From NCBI GenBank assembly GCA_050948885.1, contig JBMNER010000002.1, positions 107,344 to 171,343 of the forward strand: DNA of 64,000 nucleotides, given 5' to 3'. Below, in pieces: positions 37,884 to 47,191 of the stretch. The number at the start of each line of letters is the position of its first letter. Within the stretch, counting starts at the first letter, position 1. The notes under the pieces are model-generated. The model did no database searches. It saw nothing but the letters and a program-made list of their open reading frames with translations, and had not been told where the DNA came from. Made by a program: the position numbers and the translations under genes. The stretch is from Bacilli bacterium. GTDB lineage: Bacteria; Bacillota_I; Bacilli_A; RF39; UBA660.

Positions 37884-38204
37884 TTGTTAAGATTAGACGA
37901 ATATAATAAGGTTAATGAAGGCACCAAAGATAATAATTATTATTTTATTTCTAAAATAAATCCACACGTCTTTTATTTATGGTGTGCAGCAGCCGCGGGA
38001 ACATTAATTTTTTCTGTTTATATGTTTGTCGCCGCCAATCTTCAAAGTAAGTATAAACTATACCCAATGTCACCAAAACGCATTGAAATTAACATAGAAG
38101 ACATCTATAAAATTGAAGCCGAAATACAAGCCATAAGAGCTGATAGACTATTTTTAATTGAGGCCCCTTTTTATGAAGAACTAAAACAAAAGGTTAAGAA
38201 CTAA
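37884..38204 (+). CDS. Hypothetical small single-TM protein (TTG start)
   Basis: ORF with RBS aagaggtgaag and one TM (LWCAAAAGTLIFSVYMFVAA). Confidence 0.35.
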   Translation: MLRLDEYNKVNEGTKDNNYYFISKINPHVFYLWCAAAAGTLIFSVYMFVAANLQSKYKLYPMSPKRIEINIEDIYKIEAEIQAIRADRLFLIEAPFYEELKQKVKN

Positions 38205-38360
38205 TTTATATTACTATTGTTCGTGGTATAATTAGTTTAGTTATCTACGATAACGAAGAGATAATGAGTTTTGTTAATAAATAATAATAATTATCAACGC
38301 GGTCAGTTGTTATCAAATAAACATTGTAGTATAATAATTATTATACGGGGTGAGAACCTA

Positions 38361-38822
38361 ATGAAGATTTTTAAAAAAGGATTAGTATCTAAAATAATAG
38401 TAATTATTATTGTCGTAGTATTATCAACTTCCTTGATATTACTTACTAAATTATTCTTTCCTAAGTTTGGTGATCCTGTTTATGGTAATAGACTTGACGG
38501 TATTGAAGAAGTAACTTTGGATGTTAATCGGCTAGCCGATATAAAAAACACCATTATCAATCAGAAAGAAGTAAATAATGCCATCCTTAATATTAAAGGG
38601 ACTTTAATTAATATCATCATTGATGTTAAGGTTGATATTGATGTTGTTACGGCTAAGACAGTTGGTACTAAGGCGGTTACTCTTTTTTCATCAGCCGAAC
38701 AGAATTTTTACGATATACAAGTATTTATAACTCAAAGTATTGAGACTGAAGAAACACAGTATCCGCTAATTGGTTATAAAAATAAGTTAAGTCCATCCCT
38801 CGTATGGAATAATATTAAATAA
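38361..38822 (+). CDS. Hypothetical membrane-anchored protein (153 aa from the ATG at 38361)
   Basis: RBS ggggtgag, N-terminal TM (IIVIIIVVVLSTSLILL). Immediately upstream of the GGDEF-like gene. Confidence 0.45.
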   Translation: MKIFKKGLVSKIIVIIIVVVLSTSLILLTKLFFPKFGDPVYGNRLDGIEEVTLDVNRLADIKNTIINQKEVNNAILNIKGTLINIIIDVKVDIDVVTAKTVGTKAVTLFSSAEQNFYDIQVFITQSIETEETQYPLIGYKNKLSPSLVWNNIK

Positions 38823-38832
38823 AGGTGGTTTT

Positions 38833-40890
38833 ATGAAAACAAAAAGCAAGATTCTTCTGAGCCTAATTATGATTGTTATTATAGGCGTTTGTATATTAGC
38901 TATAATGATAAAAAACAGGCAGGGAGAAACGTCAACATTAACCATTTCCGAACTAAGATGGATTGAAAATAATAAAAACAAAGTAATTGATATTGCCGTT
39001 ATTAACGATTTACCGATATTTGGTTATGAAGGCGAGGGTGTTTTTTTTGAGTTTATTAAAGAATTACAAACCGCAACACCATTAGAGTTTAATCTAGTAC
39101 CATATCAATTTCAAACCAAGCCTTCATTAGGCGAGTATGTTTTCAAAGTTTTGAAGACTAATATTAATCCCCATAAAAATCAATTACTTATTTATCAAGA
39201 TGAATACGTTGTAATAGGATCTAATAAAAATAAGCTAAATGCTATAGATGAACTAAGTAATAAGACTATTGGTTTTTTAAGCGGTGATGAGAATCTTATT
39301 ACTGATTATTTATCAATTGCTACCAACATTAAATATACGTCTTATGAAAATAAAGAAACCCTTTTGACGGCTTTTAATAATAATGAGATTGAACTATGTA
39401 TAGTACCTTATAATATATTTATTGATGAGATATTATCTCATAATAATTATCATATTGTTTTCCAACTAAGAGAAATTAATAAAAAATATGTTTTAGAATT
39501 AAGTAAAAATAACAAAGCCCTAAATTCTATTATCAAGAAGTATTGGTACGAGTGGCAATCACAACAACAAGAGCTAACTTATCATCATTATTTATTTAAT
39601 TTATATTTAGATAAAATGAATATTAACTCAAAAACTAAAAATGCTTTTACTGGTCGCACTTATACTTACGGAGTATTAAAAACCTTACCTTATGAAATGT
39701 TGGTTGATGATCATCTCATTGGTATCAATGGTCAATATATTAATAAATTCAAGAAATTTGCTGGGTTAGAATTTGTTTATATTAATTATAAAAATATTAA
39801 TGATTTAAAGCGGGATTTTGCCGCCGGTAAAATAGATATGGCATTTAATTATTATGATATGCAGACTGATAATTATATCAAAACTATGTCTCCTTTTAAC
39901 GAAGAATATGTCTTATTAGGTCATAATAGTAGTGGTATTGCGGTTAATTCTTTGGCCGCTTTAAATAATGTCACGGTCTTGGTGGTCAAGGATACCTTTT
40001 TAGCTAAAGAAATAAGTGGTAATAAAAAGATAAAGATAAAGACTTTTAATAACTTTGAACAGTTATTACATAACTTAAATAAAAAGCATGTAGTCCTAAT
40101 TGATCGAGGTAATTATGAATATTATAAAAATTCGGTTCTACTTGATTATCGTGTTTTATATAACCATAATTTACCTAAGGATTACACCTTTGTAATAAAC
40201 AATCGTAATGAAAACAAAGTTTTAGCCAGTACCTTTGATCGTTTTATCGCCACTACTAATTATCAACAAGTTGAACAGGAAGCTCTATTAGAACTATTGG
40301 AGGACCCAGTTAAAGAGTATTATTTAAAAAATATTTCCCGCTATTTACTAGTAACTATTCTCGGTGTGTTGTTATTAATGAGAACTGTTATTGTTTTATA
40401 TAAAAGAAGTAAGGTAACTAGAAAGTTAAAAAAAGAGGATAAACTAAGGTATACGGATCCTATTACTAATTTAAAGAACCGCGCCTATTTAAATGATCAT
40501 ATTAATCAATGGGAAGAGGGAAATATTTATCCGCAATCGATTATAATAGTGGATTTAAATAATATTAAGTATGTCAATGATAATTATGGGCATGAAGAAG
40601 GCGATAATCTTATCACAAAAGCGGCGGCGATTTTAATCAATAGCCAGTTAGAAAACAGTGAAATAATTAGAACTGATGGTAATGAGTTTTTAATATATTT
40701 AGTTGGTTATACAGAATCACAAACGTTATCTTACTGTCGTAAGTTATATAAGGAATTAAAAAATTTACCGTATGAATTTGGGGCAGCCCTTGGTTTTAGT
40801 ATGATTGAAGATGAAATTAAAACGATTGATGATGCGATTAATGAAGCAACCTTAGATATGAGAACGAATAAAGAAGAACAAAAGGATTAA
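38833..40890 (+). CDS. Membrane protein with extracellular solute-binding-like domains, one TM and a C-terminal degenerate GGDEF domain (DGNEF instead of GGDEF)
   Basis: 685 aa. N-terminal signal/TM, a long extracytoplasmic region, TM (LLVTILGVLLLM), then a GGDEF fold (NLKNRAYLNDHI ... IIVDLNNIKYVNDNYGHEEGDNLI ... RTDGNEFLIY). Confidence 0.7.
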   Translation: MKTKSKILLSLIMIVIIGVCILAIMIKNRQGETSTLTISELRWIENNKNKVIDIAVINDLPIFGYEGEGVFFEFIKELQTATPLEFNLVPYQFQTKPSLGEYVFKVLKTNINPHKNQLLIYQDEYVVIGSNKNKLNAIDELSNKTIGFLSGDENLITDYLSIATNIKYTSYENKETLLTAFNNNEIELCIVPYNIFIDEILSHNNYHIVFQLREINKKYVLELSKNNKALNSIIKKYWYEWQSQQQELTYHHYLFNLYLDKMNINSKTKNAFTGRTYTYGVLKTLPYEMLVDDHLIGINGQYINKFKKFAGLEFVYINYKNINDLKRDFAAGKIDMAFNYYDMQTDNYIKTMSPFNEEYVLLGHNSSGIAVNSLAALNNVTVLVVKDTFLAKEISGNKKIKIKTFNNFEQLLHNLNKKHVVLIDRGNYEYYKNSVLLDYRVLYNHNLPKDYTFVINNRNENKVLASTFDRFIATTNYQQVEQEALLELLEDPVKEYYLKNISRYLLVTILGVLLLMRTVIVLYKRSKVTRKLKKEDKLRYTDPITNLKNRAYLNDHINQWEEGNIYPQSIIIVDLNNIKYVNDNYGHEEGDNLITKAAAILINSQLENSEIIRTDGNEFLIYLVGYTESQTLSYCRKLYKELKNLPYEFGAALGFSMIEDEIKTIDDAINEATLDMRTNKEEQKD

Positions 40891-40912
40891 TAATTAAAGG
40901 TGAGAATAACTA

Positions 40913-41749
40913 ATGAAAAAGAAAACCCGACACTTTATGAAAAAAATAATCTATACTATTCGGCAACCAGAGATGGCTATTCTTCCGGGGCAATTAGCCT
41001 TTTTCTTTGTTTTATCAATGGTTCCTATTATATCTTTAATCGGTATTGTTGGGTCCTTTTTTTCTATATCAGTCGCTTCGGTTATCGATTTTCTTAATAC
41101 CTCTTTTGCGGTTAATATCAGCGATAGTATGACGACTTTTTTCTTGGGCCGAGGCTTTGATTTACAATTGGGATTCTTTTTGTTAGGTACCTTCTTAATC
41201 GCGTCTAATGGCGCTCGTTCTATTATTATTACTTCCAATATCTTATATAATATTCCTAGCCAATATGAAGTAAAATTAAGAATAAAAGCTATTTTTTTGA
41301 CTTTAATGCTTATTTTCCTTATTATTTTTGTTTTAATTGCTTTTGCTTTTGGCGGTTATATTTTGCAAATGCTACGGGATATCAATGTATCTAGAACAAC
41401 AATTAATAACCTTTATTATTTATATCGAATATTAAGATGGCCTCTAACCTTTTTTGTTATTTATTTTAATATAAAATTAATTTATACTTTCGCCCCCGAT
41501 AAACGAATTAAGAGTAAGGATGTAACTTATGGGGCTGTTTTTACCGCAGTTATGTGGATAACTACTACTAGCGTTTTTTCATATTATGTGGTTCACTTTG
41601 CTAAGTATGATGTTTTTTATGGCAGTCTATCTAATATAATTGCGATTATGTTTTGGATTTATTTATTATGTTATGTTTTTGTTTTAGGGATGGCTTTAAA
41701 TGCCAATAAAAAGGAATTAGAAGTTAAATTTAATAAGAAATTATCATAA
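40913..41749 (+). CDS. YihY/BrkB (virulence factor BrkB / formerly RNase BN-like) family membrane protein
   Basis: 278 aa with about 6 TM segments. Typical YihY N-terminal cytoplasmic segment then hydrophobic helices. Confidence 0.7.
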   Translation: MKKKTRHFMKKIIYTIRQPEMAILPGQLAFFFVLSMVPIISLIGIVGSFFSISVASVIDFLNTSFAVNISDSMTTFFLGRGFDLQLGFFLLGTFLIASNGARSIIITSNILYNIPSQYEVKLRIKAIFLTLMLIFLIIFVLIAFAFGGYILQMLRDINVSRTTINNLYYLYRILRWPLTFFVIYFNIKLIYTFAPDKRIKSKDVTYGAVFTAVMWITTTSVFSYYVVHFAKYDVFYGSLSNIIAIMFWIYLLCYVFVLGMALNANKKELEVKFNKKLS

Positions 41750-41856
41750 AATATAAAAAAAAGTTCACAATATTAATAAGCGCATAAATTATGCGCGAAT
41801 AATACGGACTACATATTATTAAGTCTCCTTAATTTTACAGGTCGTATTATTGACAA

Positions 41857-41882
41857 GGTGGTTTTTAAAAAACCACTTTTTT
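41857..41882 (+). terminator. Rho-independent terminator after the yihY-like gene
   Basis: ggtggttttt aaaaaaccac ttttttc. Confidence 0.5.
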
Positions 41883-41884
41883 CT

Positions 41885-41913
41885 TTGTCAAAAAGTTAAA
41901 AATATGTTAAAAT
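41885..41913 (+). promoter_or_regulatory. Sigma-A type promoter for ltaS (-35 ttgtca, 17 nt spacer, -10 taaaat)
   Basis: ttgtcaaaaagttaaaaatatgttaaaat, about 40 nt upstream of the ltaS RBS. Confidence 0.45.
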
Positions 41914-41953
41914 TATTATCATACCGTGACTAAAAAAGATTAAGAGGTGAACT

Positions 41954-44029
41954 ATGAAAAATATTATTATGCGAATAATTTCTAACTCACAAAAACGGTA
42001 TGTATTTCTAAAAAATAAAATAAGTAATATTAAAATAAAGGAAATTAAAAAATATATTACCGCCGATTTATTATTACTTTATTTTTTTGTCGGAGCATTA
42101 ATAAATTCTACTTTAGTTCGTTATTTAACCGTTAAGAATTACTTTGATATTAGACCAATATTAGCCGATATAACATGTATTCTACTAATTAGCTTGTTTA
42201 GTTATTTTATTAAACCAAAGGGCCGGTTTGCTTACTTTCTAATTTGGTCTTTTATTATTACCATTATTATTTTTATCAATTCAGTTTATTATACTTTCTA
42301 TAATTCTTTTGTTTCTTTTTCCCTATTATCAACCTCTCTCTTTTTAGTTGATGTTGGCGATGCGGTGGTTCAAAATGTTTTAGAACCAAAAGATATCATC
42401 TATTTTTGGTTTCCGATAATGCTTTATTTAGCTAACCGACAAATAAACCATCGTCGTAGACAACGTCCAATTCATTTAAAAAAAAGCAAACAAAGAGCTT
42501 TTAATATATTTATCTTATCGGTAATAACGGGGCTTATTTTTATTTCTACTTTAACCCCACTTGATTTTAGCCGTATCAATAAACAATGGAACCGCGAGTT
42601 TTTGGTAGCTAGATTTGGATTATATATCTACCATCTTAATGATTTAATTAAAAGTATTGAGCCACAGATAAATACTTTATTTGGTTATGATACGGCGGCT
42701 AAACAATTTCGCGAATTCTATCAAGAATTAAATACCATCGAACCCATTAAAAATAAATATACTAATATTTTTCAAGGCAAAAACCTCATAACTATCCATG
42801 CTGAAAGTATTCAATCTTTTGCGATGAACTTACAATTTAATGGCGAAGAAGTAACGCCTAATTTAAACCGCTTAGCGAGTCAAGGACTTAATTTTACTAA
42901 CTTTTATACTCAGGTAGGCGTTGGGACTAGTAGTGACACCGAATTTACTCTTAACACCTCTCTTTTGCCTGTTAGTAATGGTACTGTCTTTGTTAGTTAT
43001 TGGAATAGGGAGTATGTTACTATTCCCAGTTTATTAAAAGAGAAAGGTTATTATAGTTTTAGTATGCACGCGAATAACGGCACCTTTTGGAATCGCTTAA
43101 TTATGCATGAAGTTATGGGTTATGATAAGTTTTTTCATAAACCTAATTACACCATTGACGAAAAAATCGGACTAGGGTTATCAGATGCCTCTTTCTTTAG
43201 CCAATCAGTGCCAATGATTGCCAAATTAAAAGAAAAAGGAAAAGAACCTTTTTATGGCACCATGATTATGTTGACCTGTCATACCCCGTTTGATGAAATC
43301 GAAAAATATGGTGATTTTCCGGTTGATTATAAAACCACCATCATTAATGAGGATAATGAAGAAGAAGAAGTTATTCAACCTTATATGGAAGGAACCCGAA
43401 TGGGTAATTACCTTAAAGCCGTTAATTATGCTGATCGCGCTATTGGGCAATTTATTAATAATTTAGATGAGGCTGGGTTGTTAGAAAATACGGTTATTGT
43501 TATTTATGGTGACCATGACGCTCGGTTACCAAGACGTGATTTTAACCGTCTATATAATTATAATCCAGAAACAGACACCCTTCTAGATGAAGAGGATCCT
43601 AATTTTAAAAGGGTAGACTATTATCAATACGAATTAGACCGGAAAGTACCTTTCATAATTTGGGCGAAAGAGAAAAGACTTAGTCAAAAGGTTGATACGG
43701 TGATGGGAATGTATGATGTATTACCCACTTTAGGTAATATGTTTGGTTTTAGAAGTAATTATCAAATAGGTAAGGATATTTTTAGTATTAAAGAGAATAT
43801 TGTTGTTTTTCTAAATGGTAATTGGTTAACTGATAAAGTATATTATAATAGCCAAAAGGGTGAATACTTATTATTAAAGGACGAACCAATTGAGGAAGAT
43901 TATATCAATCGTAATAATGAATATGCCGATACCATTTTGGGTGTTTCTAATTCGCTAATAATATATGATTTAATTAAAAGAGAAAGAGAAACAACTGAAT
44001 TATTAAAAAGTATACAAAGTGGAGAGTGA
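41954..44029 (+). CDS. ltaS: Lipoteichoic acid synthase family protein (LtaS-type sulfatase / phosphoglycerol transferase)
   Basis: 691 aa. Five N-terminal TM helices plus an extracellular sulfatase-type domain (HAESIQSF ... MHANNGTFWNR ... YGDHD). Confidence 0.85.
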   Translation: MKNIIMRIISNSQKRYVFLKNKISNIKIKEIKKYITADLLLLYFFVGALINSTLVRYLTVKNYFDIRPILADITCILLISLFSYFIKPKGRFAYFLIWSFIITIIIFINSVYYTFYNSFVSFSLLSTSLFLVDVGDAVVQNVLEPKDIIYFWFPIMLYLANRQINHRRRQRPIHLKKSKQRAFNIFILSVITGLIFISTLTPLDFSRINKQWNREFLVARFGLYIYHLNDLIKSIEPQINTLFGYDTAAKQFREFYQELNTIEPIKNKYTNIFQGKNLITIHAESIQSFAMNLQFNGEEVTPNLNRLASQGLNFTNFYTQVGVGTSSDTEFTLNTSLLPVSNGTVFVSYWNREYVTIPSLLKEKGYYSFSMHANNGTFWNRLIMHEVMGYDKFFHKPNYTIDEKIGLGLSDASFFSQSVPMIAKLKEKGKEPFYGTMIMLTCHTPFDEIEKYGDFPVDYKTTIINEDNEEEEVIQPYMEGTRMGNYLKAVNYADRAIGQFINNLDEAGLLENTVIVIYGDHDARLPRRDFNRLYNYNPETDTLLDEEDPNFKRVDYYQYELDRKVPFIIWAKEKRLSQKVDTVMGMYDVLPTLGNMFGFRSNYQIGKDIFSIKENIVVFLNGNWLTDKVYYNSQKGEYLLLKDEPIEEDYINRNNEYADTILGVSNSLIIYDLIKRERETTELLKSIQSGE

Positions 44030-44034
44030 TTAAT

Positions 44035-44661
44035 ATGCGGTTAAAAGTTAAAAACATTGTTATTTTATTAATAGTGGTGATAGTAGTAACTATTATTTCT
44101 TTGTTTGGTGTTAAAATATTATCCCCAAAAGAACCAGGCGTTGAACAACCACAAGTAATAGACCGGATTGAAGGTTATGATTACCTTTTAGCTGAAAATA
44201 AATCAGCTCTATATAAGGAATTGTTTATTAAATTAAAAGATACATTGGAACATAAACCCATAAACGAAGAAGCATACGCTAAATTAATCGCCCAACTATT
44301 TGTGGTTGATTTTTATACCCTAAATAACAAAATAACCAAAAATGATATTGGTGGTGTTGACTTCATTCATTCAGAACATCAAGATAATTTTATTCTTCAT
44401 GCTCGAGATACCATTTATAAGTATGTTAAAAGCAACATATACGGGGACCGCAAACAAAAGTTACCAGTTGTGAAGACTATCGAAGTAAGTGATATAAAAC
44501 AAGCCTCGTTTAAATACCTAGAAAAAGAAGACCCTGATGCCTATTACATAAATTTAAATTGGACTTATAATCAAGACCTAGGATATGATACTAAGGCTGA
44601 AATAATAATTGTTCACAACCAAAACAAACTATTTATTGTGGCTATGGAGAGCTTAGAATAA
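44035..44661 (+). CDS. Membrane-anchored hypothetical protein, apparently translationally coupled to ltaS
   Basis: ATG at 44035 with RBS GGAGAG, overlapping the ltaS stop. One N-terminal TM. Confidence 0.5.
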   Translation: MRLKVKNIVILLIVVIVVTIISLFGVKILSPKEPGVEQPQVIDRIEGYDYLLAENKSALYKELFIKLKDTLEHKPINEEAYAKLIAQLFVVDFYTLNNKITKNDIGGVDFIHSEHQDNFILHARDTIYKYVKSNIYGDRKQKLPVVKTIEVSDIKQASFKYLEKEDPDAYYINLNWTYNQDLGYDTKAEIIIVHNQNKLFIVAMESLE

Positions 44662-44688
44662 AGACCCGATAAAATCGGGTTTTTTTAT
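44662..44688. terminator. Bidirectional rho-independent terminator between the ltaS operon and the convergent LCP gene
   Basis: aag acccgat aaa atcgggt ttttttt. Confidence 0.7.
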
Positions 44689-44701
44689 ACTATTCTATTA
44701 A

Positions 44702-46897
44702 TTAATCAGTAAGCCCATCATCTTTATCTTCTGCGGGTTTTACAAAGTAATAAACAATTAATTCCGCAATATCAATTAATTTAGTGCCGGCGTCCTTACT
44801 TTGACTATTAATAGTACCGGCTTTGGATGGATCATAAAGAGGGGTAACACTATCGATATCAATCGGTTTTTTCTCAACGATAATATTAATTTTAATACTA
44901 TGATACCAATTATCAAATTGGTTAAGGGTCCACCCTTGCATGTTAGGTACTAAACAATTAGATAGGTGGCTATTCTCTTCTAAATTACAATTAATTCTTT
45001 CATCATCTAATGTATTTTCTTCTTTTTTAATTACCTTTAAGGTAATGCCTTTGGCTTTATTCATTTTATCTAGTTGAAAATGTTCGGGAATACTTTGGCC
45101 TATTATTTGGCCATTTACATATGTGTCTTTATATTCCTGATGAGTATTATCAATAGTAGTAAAAGATATTTTAATGTTATTTTGCACTCCCCAATTAAGG
45201 GCCCATTCTTTACTTTGCTGAGTAAAATTAGGGACCGTTTTAATTACATAATCAGTTCTATAAGGACCTTTCCCAATAACGGTTACTTTATAAGGCTCAT
45301 TAATGGAAAAACTAAAAGTCTTAATAATATTTGGTTTTTCTAAATCTAAATTAATTTCCATCGCTCTAACGACATCTTTTAAACTAGCACGATTATATAC
45401 ATAATTTGATAACGCTAGCCTCATGCCTTCATCCCAAATGTATTTATTGTAACCATCTAAATATAATTTTTCAATATAGACTAAATCATCATTGTAATAA
45501 CTTTTGTCTTTCGCGATAATATCTTTCCCGACTTCATAAAAAGATAATATTTGTTTGGTATTAATATTAGTATCTAAATTATTACTAATTGTATCCAAGA
45601 TACTATAAATTTGATTCAAGTTTCTAATATCTTTAGCTTTATTTAACATCCCCGCAACCACTAATTGTTGGTATAATCCGCGGGTGATATCATCTCCTAA
45701 GACATTACGGTTTCTACTTAACGCTAAAGCTTGTTCGCCATTTAATTTACGATATCCTTTTTGTAAACAAACGCTGTGTTTACCAGTTTTCCGGTCACTA
45801 TTTTGCGAACAAAAAGTAATCGGGACATCAACATATATTCCATCAAGGGCATCAACTAAAGCGACCACCCCTTTAAAATTCATTTTAATATAATAATCAA
45901 TATCAATACCGGTAAAATTTTCAATGGTCTTAATCATACAAGATTCACCATACCAAGCCGCATGAGTTATTTTATTTTCTATCTGGTCTTTAAAACACAT
46001 AATCGGTACGTAACTATCTCTTGGGATACTTAACATGGTCGCACTTAATGTATTTGGATTAAAAGTAATTAACATTAACGCATCACCATTAAAAGCGGCA
46101 TTTTTATTTAATCCTTCATGTTCTGAATCCACGCCCAGTAATAAAAGGGTAAAAGGCTCGGTTAACTTTTTATCACTGCTATCAGTAGTAATTATGTCTC
46201 TAGGCATTTTCTTATCTTTTTTGATAATAACTTTTGTTTCGTGCTTAATATTATTAAATTCGTCAATGGACGCAAACATAAAAGCATAATTAGTAGGCAA
46301 AAAAATAGCATCTACTTCTTTAGCGTATAAATCACTAACCATCAAAATAAAGTTATCATATTCAATAATCTCATTATTATCTTTTAATTTATTTGCCTTA
46401 ATAATTTCTTGGCTTATGATATAGCCTTCAATACTATCCTTATCTTTAATAATACCCAGTTTTAAACCACTAACATCATTAATGGTATTTAAATCGCTAT
46501 TCACTAAAGTTACTAAACTAGTTGAATAGGTTACCATTTCTCTATTTATCCTTGCCAAAGAAGAAAACATTTTATTAATATTAAAAATAATAAAACCTTC
46601 AACCGGAATAATTAGTAACAAAGTTATAATAAAAATAACCATTTTACTTTTTTTATTTCCAGTAACCACCTTTTTATAAAAGAAAAAGAAAACAATTAAA
46701 CCCAAGATTGATAGGGTTATAATAAGATATCGCCAAAAGGTTTCAATCCCGGCTAATTTTACTAATAAAAAAATAAAATATCCGGTTATGATTACTAAAG
46801 AGGCAAAAAGAAAAGTTAATATATAGAAGCAAGGTTTATTCGGCATATTATTAATATACCTTTTAAGGGTTTTATAATTCCTTGTAAATAATCTCAT
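44702..46897 (-). CDS. LytR-CpsA-Psr (LCP) family phosphotransferase with an extended N-terminal TM region and a large C-terminal extension
   Basis: 731 aa. LCP core LLLGVDSEHEGL ... GDALMLITFNP ... SIPRDSYV and RGLYQQLV region. Confidence 0.85.
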   Translation of the reverse strand: MRLFTRNYKTLKRYINNMPNKPCFYILTFLFASLVIITGYFIFLLVKLAGIETFWRYLIITLSILGLIVFFFFYKKVVTGNKKSKMVIFIITLLLIIPVEGFIIFNINKMFSSLARINREMVTYSTSLVTLVNSDLNTINDVSGLKLGIIKDKDSIEGYIISQEIIKANKLKDNNEIIEYDNFILMVSDLYAKEVDAIFLPTNYAFMFASIDEFNNIKHETKVIIKKDKKMPRDIITTDSSDKKLTEPFTLLLLGVDSEHEGLNKNAAFNGDALMLITFNPNTLSATMLSIPRDSYVPIMCFKDQIENKITHAAWYGESCMIKTIENFTGIDIDYYIKMNFKGVVALVDALDGIYVDVPITFCSQNSDRKTGKHSVCLQKGYRKLNGEQALALSRNRNVLGDDITRGLYQQLVVAGMLNKAKDIRNLNQIYSILDTISNNLDTNINTKQILSFYEVGKDIIAKDKSYYNDDLVYIEKLYLDGYNKYIWDEGMRLALSNYVYNRASLKDVVRAMEINLDLEKPNIIKTFSFSINEPYKVTVIGKGPYRTDYVIKTVPNFTQQSKEWALNWGVQNNIKISFTTIDNTHQEYKDTYVNGQIIGQSIPEHFQLDKMNKAKGITLKVIKKEENTLDDERINCNLEENSHLSNCLVPNMQGWTLNQFDNWYHSIKINIIVEKKPIDIDSVTPLYDPSKAGTINSQSKDAGTKLIDIAELIVYYFVKPAEDKDDGLTD

Positions 46898-47191
46898 TTT
46901 ATCACCGCCACATTATTCAATATACTATAACATTATAAAGTAAATTAATAACGAAAACAATAGTAATGCTGATATTTTGTTAGTCATAAATGTCAGAGTG
47001 TAAACACCAGTAACAGAATAACGGCAAAAAACTTAATATACTTAGTTTAATATGATAAAATTATAATAGACTATGTATTTTGTGTCGTTATATTTTTGCA
47101 ACGGCTATGTTAAAACAAATTATTACTATATTATCTATAAATGATAAAGCGAAGATGGAAATTTTACCACGGCTTTTTTAGGAGGCGGAAA

